Origin: Candidatus Latescibacterota bacterium
Lineage (GTDB): Bacteria; Latescibacterota; UBA2968; GCA-2709665
NCBI GenBank assembly: GCA_963667175.2
Contig: CAXXXF010000014.1
Span: 128,001 to 192,000, forward strand
Direction of reading: 5' to 3'
DNA: 64,000 bases
The position numbers and the translations under genes are program-made. Positions 9,531 to 18,231 of the stretch are shown here, one piece after another (the stretch's first letter is position 1; each line of letters begins with the position of its first letter). The notes beneath the pieces were generated by a model, which saw only the letters and a list, made by a program, of their open reading frames with translations, was not told the DNA's origin and did no database searches.

Positions 9531-9941
9531 GGAAAATCCTCACTTGCTGAATTCATTGCCACTTCTTCGCCGCTTCCGAAGCAGCGCCCGGACGACGAGT
9601 TGTTTCGCGTAAAACGAGGCGACCGTGCCAAAAAGGTGTCGCATTTCGCAACAGTGGCGCGTCCGTCCGGCTTATCGTTTTTGTCCGCGCGACTTTGTGT
9701 GCGTTGAAGATAGTCTTGGAGGCATCTCGACACAAGCGCCAAAACCGCTTGCGGATCGTGATTTCTCGCCAACGGCCGCTAAAGATGTGCCACATCTACC
9801 AAAGGGTCTGTCGCTTTTGCCAACAAACCGTTTCCAATCTCATCCCAAATCAATGTCTATGTTAAATTTAGTATCTAGCGAGGCTTCGCCTCAGACGCCA
9901 GGACGTGCTGTTGCGTAAGAGTGTTTGTGTAGATAAAATAG

Positions 9942-9996
9942 GCCCCAGTTGAGCGGCGGTAGTCCTTTTAGGGACCCCCGATTATTTAACCGGGGC
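9942..9996 (-). terminator. hairpin directly downstream of 9997-10254
   Basis: GCCCCAGTTGA ... TTAACCGGGGC inverted repeat abutting the stop codon, followed by a T-rich tract on the minus strand. Confidence 0.4.
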
Positions 9997-10254
9997 TTAT
10001 TCCTCTACAAGCTGTTTTGCCCAGTCCGTTATTCCCGTAAGCAAGTCTCTTTTTACGTACTTTATCATTAACTCGACTGATAGGCTTGTATCGGCATATT
10101 TCGACAAATCGACGGGAATTGGAAATTCGTAGGGAGTGTCGATGCCGACCAAATGGCCGTGAAACACAACTATTGCCTCGTGTTTTTGCAATCCAAGATT
10201 AACGGTCACATTATTGACTCTTATCGTGGATGGCGTTCTTGTTCGTTCGGGCAT
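9997..10254 (-). CDS. hypothetical protein (85 aa)
   Basis: ATG at 10254 preceded by AAAGGAG. Shorter than the 129-aa ORF-track call. Confidence 0.6.
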   Translation of the reverse strand: MPERTRTPSTIRVNNVTVNLGLQKHEAIVVFHGHLVGIDTPYEFPIPVDLSKYADTSLSVELMIKYVKRDLLTGITDWAKQLVEE

Positions 10255-10379
10255 TTGGATTCTCCTTTCGAGTTCTGGACAGGTTAGTGTTTCGGTCGCA
10301 CGACGAAGCGGAGGGTCGTTATTGATCTGTTGACGGGCTCTGCTCAATTGCGGACAGTTTGGAGTATATATAATATAGG

Positions 10380-10408
10380 TTGACAAGAGACAACGAGATT
10401 TCTATTGT
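10380..10408 (+). promoter_or_regulatory. sigma70-type promoter
   Basis: TTGACA-17 nt-TATTGT directly upstream of AAGGAGG RBS and ATG 10423. Confidence 0.6.
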
Positions 10409-10422
10409 TTCAAGGAGGCACC

Positions 10423-10599
10423 ATGAAAACAGCAAATGACCTGATTGACCACGTCATCAAGAGAAAAGACGCCGGTGCCGTCGTATAAGAAGTGTTCAAA
10501 AAAGACAAACCGGAAGAAGAGGAGGTCGTCGAAATACCAGATGCAAGAACCCTCATATACAGCTTCATGAAGGAAAGATCATCGAAGAGGCCTAGGTAG
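10423..10599 (+). pseudogene. small ORF interrupted by an in-frame TAA
   Basis: Promoter + AAGGAGG + MKTANDLIDHVIKRKDAGAVV*(10486-10488). The frame then stays open as EVFKKDKPEEEEVVEIPDARTLIYSFMKERSSKRPR to TAG 10599. Confidence 0.45.
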
Positions 10600-10637
10600 G
10601 AAAAACCAACCTACAGGATGACTACGGTGGAGGGAAA

Positions 10638-10922
10638 ATGAGCAAAATTGACATTCGTGGACCGATACGAATTGGCGGGGAAGAATGGCCCAGAGAATAT
10701 TCAGCGCCAGACTTCCACCCAATGACAAAGTTCTTTGTTGCCAAAATGACGGAGTTGGATCCTCAATCTGAAGTTGGGCTAGTTTTCGGTTATGGTCTTA
10801 GAGAGGACAGTCGGGAAGACATGCTAACACATCGCCATATAGGATTTTATGCGTCTAAGGAAGATATGATCGCAATTGCACATAAGATCATACAAGATCT
10901 TGGTGGACGAAATAGCGATTGA
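10638..10922 (+). CDS. hypothetical protein (94 aa)
   Basis: GGAGG RBS, ATG start, globular composition. Confidence 0.65.
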   Translation: MSKIDIRGPIRIGGEEWPREYSAPDFHPMTKFFVAKMTELDPQSEVGLVFGYGLREDSREDMLTHRHIGFYASKEDMIAIAHKIIQDLGGRNSD

Positions 10923-11174
10923 AACGACTCAGTCGAGACCCAGATCGCCTAACCCCCTGACAGGATCACGGGACATTTCACATTTGCATCACGCAATACC
11001 TCAATATATGGTCTGATATCTCCATTTGTTGAACGTCATCCGCCAAGGCGGGGAGTCCCTGCAGTGCCTCTGATTCCTGTCGGTATCGCCCCCTAAGCGT
11101 CACAGTTCCGGACAACCGTCTTGTGGGGATTCCCGGGCGTTTTTTGCCTCTATTAAGCCTGTTTCTAATATAAC

Positions 11175-11202
11175 TTGACAATTAGGACAATTGCCATATA
11201 TT
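11175..11202 (+). promoter_or_regulatory. probable promoter of the two-gene TA-like operon
   Basis: TTGACA-16 nt-TATATT with tandem GACAATT repeats (11177-11183, 11186-11192). Confidence 0.45.
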
Positions 11203-11269
11203 GATTTTTACGAAAAGACAACCTCCGTATTATGAGTTTGCGACAACTCACTAAATCAGGAGTAGACAA

Positions 11270-11752
11270 ATGGCTACCTTAACGTTACCTGCGCCTGACA
11301 TTACTGAGTCAAAAATGAACTGGCGTTATCGTACCGTGACGCATGAGCAAATTAAAGAAATCGAAGAAAAACGACAAATGATCAATAAAGATATTCGTAA
11401 TTCTAGAGTTTTTCGTGACCAAATGAGGGAGTTTTACGAGGCTTTAAAACCCGATCCTCTCGGTTATATTAGAAACCACACTGAAGATGAACCTAATGAA
11501 TTAGTAGTATGGATTCGCAAATGCGAAGATGCGTATAAGGACCTTCATCGGTTTTTCGAATCCTTAAGGCCTGAGTATAGGCGTATGAGTTCGACATTAG
11601 GCAAAAAACTACAAACCATTATTGACCTCACCTATGAGATAGTTGCTTTTCTACAAGAAATACGCTGGTGGATCACTGTTGCTCTCGCTAATAAACAACA
11701 GCGTAGACCTAACAATTCCGCTAAGGTGACACTTGCTAATCTTTGGGATTAA
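11270..11752 (+). CDS. hypothetical helical protein, putative antitoxin
   Basis: AGGAG RBS. Ends 3 nt before a RelE-like gene. No recognisable RHH/HTH/Phd signature. Confidence 0.7.
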   Translation: MATLTLPAPDITESKMNWRYRTVTHEQIKEIEEKRQMINKDIRNSRVFRDQMREFYEALKPDPLGYIRNHTEDEPNELVVWIRKCEDAYKDLHRFFESLRPEYRRMSSTLGKKLQTIIDLTYEIVAFLQEIRWWITVALANKQQRRPNNSAKVTLANLWD

Positions 11753-11755
11753 TTT

Positions 11756-12058
11756 ATGAAATTTATCCCACCAGTTGATGTATATATTGATGAAAAGACA
11801 AAAAAGAAATTAAATAAACTCGGCCGCAGTAACAAGGTTATCAAGAACCAAGCTGAGAGATTTATACAGGAAGTCGAGGAAGGCAAGATGTTACCAAGCC
11901 GTCATTACGGACATATGTTCGACAATGTATGGAAGGCCCGACTAAATCAACAATATCGAATTGGATTTTGCATTTGTGATCCCGAAGAAGAAATCACTTC
12001 AATAAATATCATCGAGGTCGATAATCACGATGAATTTTATGCGCTTTTAAATCCATAA
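11756..12058 (+). CDS. RelE/ParE-superfamily toxin-like protein
   Basis: 100 aa with VYIDEKTKKKLNKL...VWKARLNQQYRIGF...IIEVDNHDEFY, the typical RelE-fold pattern. Confidence 0.7.
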   Translation: MKFIPPVDVYIDEKTKKKLNKLGRSNKVIKNQAERFIQEVEEGKMLPSRHYGHMFDNVWKARLNQQYRIGFCICDPEEEITSINIIEVDNHDEFYALLNP

Positions 12059-12084
12059 TCTCTCCTTATCACATCAACCAGAAA

Positions 12085-12122
12085 AACAGGGAGAGGCGAC
12101 TTGCCTCTCCCTGTTGCATTTT
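12085..12122 (+). terminator. intrinsic terminator
   Basis: Perfect 13-bp stem AACAGGGAGAGGC/GCCTCTCCCTGTT, 5-nt loop, T-rich tail. Confidence 0.75.
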
Positions 12123-12228
12123 AGGCTTAGGGACTCTTAGTTATAATCTCCGAATATATGTTACCTTACAATAGTGCGCAATCCGTCTTGTAGAACTGAA
12201 CACCATCATCACAACGATACTGAGCAAG

Positions 12229-12303
12229 TGTCGCGAAACGCAACAGTTGCAGGTTTCGGTTTTCCCTTTGTGTCTTTGTGGCTTCGTGTGAGGATTGCGT
12301 TGG
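12229..12303. repeat. dispersed repeat family B, copy 1
   Basis: TGTCGC..ACAGTTGCAGGTTTCGGTTTTCCCTTTGTGTCTTTGTG..GTGAGGATT, nearly identical to 14039-14107. Confidence 0.8.
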
Positions 12304-12352
12304 TGGAAGCCCGACGTAACCGCTGCGCCAGGCCCCCCGGCAACCTCCCTAA

Positions 12353-12381
12353 CAGCCCGTTGATAAAGTCCATCCGGACTG
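12353..12381. mobile_element. minimal remnant of MITE family C
   Basis: CAGCCCGTTGATAAAGTCCATCCGGACTG flanked by CTAA/CTA. Ends match the element at 57837-57990. Confidence 0.55.
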
Positions 12382-13942
12382 CTACAGCATCGACCGGCGC
12401 AATTTCGGATGCGCCTTCAGGTAGGGTCCACCGCTGCTGACGCCGACGATCTCGTCGCCGCGCCAGCGAAACGTCACCGTCTCCTCTTCGGCGGACTCCG
12501 TCCCGCGACAGCTCCTCCTCCTCGTACTCGGGAAGAGCGAAGCGCATCTGGCTGGTCGTAGCCCCATCACCCTGCGCCACCACCACGAACCCGTTCTCCA
12601 CCGTTGCCTCGACGGGCCGCCCGTCGACGGTCACCGAGCAGGTCGCCTCATCCGCCCAGCCCGGGAAGCGCAGCCGCAGCTCCTTTCCGGTTCGGTTGAC
12701 CACGGTGACCCGGCCTTCGTTTTCGTCGCGCTCCGCCTTCACCCCCACCTCCGGCAGATCGCGGTCGAAGTGAAAGTGAAAGTTGACGCGCACGAACTCT
12801 CCCTCGACGTCCACGGTCCGGGTCCAGAGCTCGATAAGGCTGTGCAGGGCAGCTGCGGTGAAATCCGTGACGCAGGTCTGGCCGCTGACGTGGCCGACAG
12901 AGCCGCCGATAGCGCCCACGAAACGGTTGGGAAGGTCGCGGTAGCAGTCGCGGGCATCGGCTGCTTCGGCCGGCCGGATCGGAACCGGTTCCCGGATCTG
13001 CGCCGGGAACAGCCGGGCTCGCGCGATGCGCTCGGCATCGTCGAGCAGTCCGGGATCGGCGAACCGGTCCCAAAGCAACAGGGCGATATGGGCGATATCC
13101 CCGGCCGAGGCGACGTCGCCGCCGTAGCGGGCGCCGACGTCGTGGGTGATGAACCCGGAGCGGGTGATCAGCCCGGATACGGCCTCCCGGTAGGTCCTGT
13201 AAATCTGCTCCTGGCGTTCAAGCGAACCCTGGAGCGCGGCCAGCATCAGCAGGCCGCGGAGGGTGTTCAGGTACGAGTGGGTGTGGTGGCCGCAGCCCCT
13301 GGCGAGGCTGCCGTCCGCGTTCACCAGGGTTCCGAAGTGGAAATCGCCCAGGCGCTCCGCCTCCTCGAGTGCGGCCGGATCGCGGGTGGCCGCGTGGAAA
13401 CAGAGCAGGCCCTCGATGGCGCGGCCGTGGGTGTAGGCCGGGGCGGCGCTTTCGCCGTGCTTTGCCCGCGCGGGTCCGCCGTCGAACGAGAACTCCCACG
13501 CCATCAGGTCCCGGCTGGCGCGGCTCATGCCCTCAATCGCGCGGTTGCCCCATTCGGCGGCGCGGCCGCTGCCGCGGCATTCGACAAGCAGTCCGAAGGA
13601 CAGCATGGTCTCGCGGTAGGAGTGGATGTACCAGGTCGCCGGGTCCCGGGGGTCGACGTCCTCGAGGAAGATGCCGCTGGCGTTGTCGGACAGGCGCCGG
13701 CTGTTCTCCAGCATCGCCGCTTCCATCTCCTCGGGGATCTCGAAGCCGGCGGCGCGGTCAAGCCGCAGCATGGCGTTCCACCAGCGTCCGACGTTGTGGC
13801 CGGTGCAGTATGGACGAAACTCGTACCTGGCGCCCAGTTCCGCGTCGACGGCCATGTGCCAGTACGGCAGGTAGCCGTCGTCGCGCGACAGACTGCCGAG
13901 AAGGTTGCGGCCGGAAAGCAGCAGGCGGTTTTCAACGTTCAT
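12382..13942 (-). CDS. GH127/DUF1680 (beta-L-arabinofuranosidase)-like glycoside hydrolase; one frameshift near 12505
   Basis: Helical-barrel motifs (HNVGRWWNAM, HTHSYLNT) and C-terminal LRLRFPGWA beta domain. The natural C-terminus continues in the 12382-12570 frame (VTFRWRGDEIVGVS). Confidence 0.6.
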
Positions 13943-14038
13943 GGTGTGTGGTCGACTCCCAACTTGATCGATCGTTCCATGGTACCGCTCGCGCGACAGA
14001 AATCCGGAACACCGTCACTGTGACCGATATTCGGGATA

Positions 14039-14107
14039 TGTCGCAAATTGCGACAGTTGCAGGTTTCGGTTTTTCCCTTTGTGTCTTTGTGTGAGGATTT
14101 CGTTTGG
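14039..14107. repeat. dispersed repeat family B, copy 2
   Basis: Direct repeat of 12229-12303. Confidence 0.8.
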
Positions 14108-14143
14108 TGAGAGCCGGACGTAACCCCTGGTCGATGCCCCGGC

Positions 14144-16149
14144 TTAGCTGTCCAAAATCCGACGGCGGCCGTCCTCGAGCCGGTCCCAGCTCCTCGATGC
14201 ATCGGGGCCCTGCGCTTGTTCTGGCGTCTCAATCCGGCCAGGTACTCTTGCCATTCCCCCTCGCGACCGGACCGGGTGAGCACGTTTCTGACCTGGCGCA
14301 GATAGGGAACCGCCTCCCGGTATCCCGCCGGTTTTACCCGGGCGATCTCCGCCTCCGCCAGGTCCTTCCAGATTGCCACCGAACGGTTGGGATGCGTCGA
14401 TGCGATGGCCTCGGCCACGTCGTCGTCCAGATAGTCACCGTGCATCCAATATGGAGCTTCGGATCGGCTTTCATAGTCGTACCACTTCACAACCTCGTCC
14501 GGCTTCTTCTCGGCAATGGCCAGCCGGATCAGCGCGTCGACCATCGGCGCCTCAACCTTGTCGCGTGGCGCCGGCATTTCGACTTCCGGAGCGGGAAGGG
14601 GCCAGTCCGTCTCCGGGTCGCTCTTGCGCTTCCTGCCGCTACGAGGGCGCCGGCCGGTTTGCAGATAGTGCCGGCCCCACGCCTCGACGCCCTCCCCAAC
14701 CCCCTGCCCGCGGGCGGCATTGCACAGAGCCAGGAATCCCTCCGAGTCGGGACTGGCGAAAAATTCCTCCGCCTGTATGGCCAGCCCGGCGAGCGGATTG
14801 CCGCTGTGCTGGTTGATTGTCCGCAGTCGCTCTCGAAGCTCCGCTTGCAGTCCTGGATACCTGTCCTGAAGCGCCTTGAGCCCCTGCCGGCACCAGCGCC
14901 GCGCCTCGTCCCACGCGCCTTCGGCCATCAGGCGGTCCACCAGGCGATTGTAGGTGAGGGTGATGGGGGCTTCGCGCTTGCACAGAGGCAGGATCTCCTC
15001 CTCCCTTCCAGCCTTTTCCATAGCTCTGATGAGCCAGTCGACGACGTGGTCCCGTTTGTAGTCAGTAGAACGTCCGTCGTCTACGGGAGGTTGCTCGCGG
15101 GCATCCAGTCGCTGGGCCAGGCGGTCGCACACCTTCGACCAATCGCGTCTATCATAGTCTTCAACCCAGAGATTTGCAAATCCTTCGGAGCAGAGTTCGT
15201 ACTCGTCCGCCTGTGCCATATCCAGGACCCATACGATCCGGTCCGAGGGCGACATGGAACACCTGTCCAGTGCCCGGAAAAGAACGTCGAGGCAGGCGCC
15301 GATCGCTTCGCTCGACTCCCCCTCGTGCTCGTATTCCAGCGCCCGAGTGCCGGCGGCAAGCAGTTCCGGTCCCAGTCGCACGGCAGCGTCAACCTGTCCG
15401 GACGCCACCAGCGCCTGAAGCATCGCCTTGAGTCGCTCCGTGTTGACCGCCTGGGTCCCGTAGTGATGGTCGTCCCAGGCGGGTTCCTCCAGGGCCGCGA
15501 TTTCGGAGCGGATTCTCTGCAGGACTTTGCGGGTCTGTCCCGAGGTCAGACTGCGGCGGTCTTCGAGCGATTGGCGCACCTCGTCGTGCGCTTCGGCGAG
15601 TTCCAGCAGCAGTTCTGCAAGGTCGTCCCTGCTATGCTCCTGCAGGTAGGCGCGCAAGGAAGCATTCCGGGATTGCCCGGATCCGAAGCTATCGGAACGT
15701 GTCTCGACGGGCGCCTCATCCGGGTCCTCCGCGTCGAATGCCAGTTGCTCGTCGTCGTCGTTTTCCGTGATCGCGTCCAACTGCTCAAGGCGCGGATCGT
15801 CTGCCTCTACCCGGCCGACGGCGGTTCCGGTCTTTGCCGTCTCCAGATATTCCACCACGACAGCCACCGCGTGTTTGCACGTTGTCCAGTAGGGACAGGT
15901 ACATTCGCATATCAGGTCCTCGCTTCCCTCGATGCTCACCCTTGTCGCGTAGCGGCGACTGCCCGCCACCCAGGCGACCAATGCGCCTTCTTCGTCGCGC
16001 CGCAGTTCCCGAACGGCCCCCTTTCTCTGATAGGACCGGCCCCGGGCGACGATGCGACTGCCGGCCCATTCCTCCAAGTCGTCCCACGTCAGTTCCGAAA
16101 AGGGGTCAGTGGGCTGCTCGGGTTCAGTCTTTTTCGTTCGTGGAGCCAT
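14144..16149 (-). CDS. SWIM zinc finger family protein; two +1 indels near 14185-14210
   Basis: RG..Y...G.V...V.GS..Y...CECTCPYWTTCKHAVAV SWIM motif followed by helical repeats. Removing two extra G gives NKRRPRCIEELDRLEDGRRRILDS* ending at 14144. Confidence 0.85.
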
Positions 16150-16393
16150 CTCGTTCCGTTACTCCTTTTAAAGGGGAATTACACACGTAACGCCATTGAT
16201 AGCATGAAACGAAACTTTCGTAGATGGACAGGATGAAAACGAAAACCAGGAAGCGCGACAAAGACGCGAGACTTGCTTTCAAAGTCAAACGCCCCTTCCG
16301 CGCTTCGAATTCTCGCACGTTTGATATTTACCCTTGACATGACTTGAAAGCCTGTATACTTTTCCAGTTAAATAACAGCTGGAGTCGGATGCC

Positions 16394-16630
16394 ATGATTA
16401 GAAAAATCCTCAATAACGATCACTTCCAACTGGTCACCTTTCTATTTCTTCTGATCGGTGCCATGTGGACACTTACCACCAGACTTGAGGACAGAATGAA
16501 CGCTCGCTTCGATAAAGTTGATGAACGCTTTGATAAGATCGAAACACAACTGAGCGAAATCAACAAACGGCTGAATTCCTTCGGTGAACGTATTGCCAAA
16601 AACGAAGCCAGATTAGACGCCTCGATGTAA
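16394..16630 (+). CDS. small membrane-anchored coiled-coil protein
   Basis: GGAG RBS, N-terminal TM, RFDKVDERFDKIE heptads, upstream TTGACA at 16334. Confidence 0.7.
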   Translation: MIRKILNNDHFQLVTFLFLLIGAMWTLTTRLEDRMNARFDKVDERFDKIETQLSEINKRLNSFGERIAKNEARLDASM

Positions 16631-17019
16631 GCCCCTCCTGTGCCTACCGCCCTTCAGGTCACGCCTCGAATTCCTTCATTGAATTGACCCAATTGCCTGA
16701 AATAGCCACAGGGGAACTGCGCGCAAACAACGCCCTGGAAGCTCCTTCCGGCGCGTCGTAGACATTCATGTCCTCGTCCATCACAGCCTTCCTCGACTGA
16801 TCCCTGCCGCAACCTCCGCGAACGTCCGCTTCTTCCCTGTCTCATAACGGTCCGTTGAGACAGACCATCGCGTCTCCAGCCGAATATTACATTGAACAGG
16901 CGCAAAAGACAAGAAACACCTGATGGCCGCTGAATCCGTCACGCAGGTCCCGTCGATCGTTTGCCTGTCAACCGCCAATCGATATCCGACGCGTTTGGAC
17001 GAGAGCAGGTCTCCGGTCC

Positions 17020-17317
17020 CGGCGAGGTTCTCCTGACGGCGAAGGCGTCGGACCCGGACGGCGACGCACTGAGGGTCGAGTCGGTACCGGCCCCGTCGCA
17101 CGGGATGGCGCAAATCGTCGATGACTGCGTGTCGTACACCCCGGCCGAGGACTACTATGGAGAGGACCGGTTCGCCTACGTGGCGACGGACGGCAACGGC
17201 GGGACGGCGTCCGCCAATGTCGTGGTGACGGTGCGCCCGGTGGCGGACGCCCCGGCGGTGGCGGCCGCGATCCCGGACCAGACGCTCGAGGAAGGCGGCC
17301 GCGACGGCGGCGACTGA
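17020..17317 (+). pseudogene. fragment of a cadherin-like/Ig-like (tandem-95) repeat adhesin
   Basis: SDPDGDAL..V..P.HG..YTPAEDYYGEDRFAYVATDGNGGTASANVVVTVRPVADAP..IPDQTL: one repeat plus the start of another, with no signal peptide or credible start. Confidence 0.7.
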
Positions 17318-17429
17318 CAGACGGGAAGGGGCGTGGAGGTGGCCGGCGGCGCGCGCTTCGCCTTCGGACGCGTACGACTGGAGGCGCAGGGCAGGCCAGC
17401 CGGGGTGAGGGTCTACCCTCTCTCCACCC

Positions 17430-18155
17430 TTAAATCTCTCCTGAACGCTTCTCGAAGAATGCCCTGACGTCGACGAGTTGCTTCGCGTAGAAGGCGGCGT
17501 CTTCGCTGTCGCGGGATTGGAGGACGGCAACCGCCGTATCGAATTCCGATTCGCCGGTGTCGTTGTCTCCCGACAGGATTTTCGTCAGCCCGATGTATCC
17601 GTCGAGCATGGTCGCCTGGTCCGGATTCCCGTCGTCCGACGCGCTGTGGTCTCTGGCGGCTCCAAATACCGACAACGCCTCCGCGTACGACCCATCGGCG
17701 ATCAAATGGGCGCCAAGAAACCAGCACGTAAACGCGAGTTGAGCGTCGGTCGGGTCCAGTTCACGCAGCTGCCTGACGCTATATCGGGCGAACGCGAGCC
17801 CCTGCCGCGTCTGGTCCGCGGAAATCTCCACGTCCGGTTCTTCCCAGCCGATCCAGGTGAAGGATGCGGCATTGGTGGCCATCTTCTTGGCGGCGAATCG
17901 AAACTCCCGTGCGGCATCGTCCTCGATGCCGTCGTTCGCGCACGCCCGGGCGAGGCAATGGTGAATACCGGCGTTCGCGAAGTGGATCACCTGATCGATG
18001 GATTTGGCTTTCCAGTAGCCGTCCAGGACCAGGTTTCCAAACGCCTCGGCTACGTCGGACGCATCCCCGAGCCCAAGCACGTATTCGCTTGCGGCATAGA
18101 GGTCCTTCTCCTCAACAAGAGTCCGGACGTTATCGAATATAAATTCGCGCTCCAG
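17430..18155 (-). CDS. hypothetical TPR-like helical protein
   Basis: 216-aa ORF. Frame is open upstream to a CTG near 18155 preceded by AGGA. Ala-rich helical repeats. Start uncertain. Confidence 0.65.
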   Translation of the reverse strand: MEREFIFDNVRTLVEEKDLYAASEYVLGLGDASDVAEAFGNLVLDGYWKAKSIDQVIHFANAGIHHCLARACANDGIEDDAAREFRFAAKKMATNAASFTWIGWEEPDVEISADQTRQGLAFARYSVRQLRELDPTDAQLAFTCWFLGAHLIADGSYAEALSVFGAARDHSASDDGNPDQATMLDGYIGLTKILSGDNDTGESEFDTAVAVLQSRDSEDAAFYAKQLVDVRAFFEKRSGEI

Positions 18156-18231
18156 GTTACGTCCTGCTCGGATTGCCCCGCTTCCTGCCGATTGACCGTC
18201 GTGGGACCTCGCCGCAAACTAACAGTTTGCT

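Noticed and set aside
9392-9918. Short ORFs upstream of the R-M gene, checked for a controller (C) protein
   Set aside because: No HTH signature or convincing RBS in any frame.
10930-11160. Possible ncRNA or antitoxin RNA upstream of the TA-like operon
   Set aside because: Only short GC hairpins and no recognisable family; cannot be supported without folding or covariation analysis.
13939-14143. SWIM gene overlapping the GH127-like gene and sharing a C-terminal peptide (SHKDTKGK) with it
   Set aside because: Both ORFs read through frameshifts into copies of the same non-coding repeat, so this is not a protein motif.
14104-16236. Long antisense ORFs (also 12770-14023, 18253-19476, 33432-34841, 40692-41909, 43500-44738, 54428-55585)
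   Set aside because: Shadow frames of GC-rich genes on the opposite strand with no recognisable motifs.
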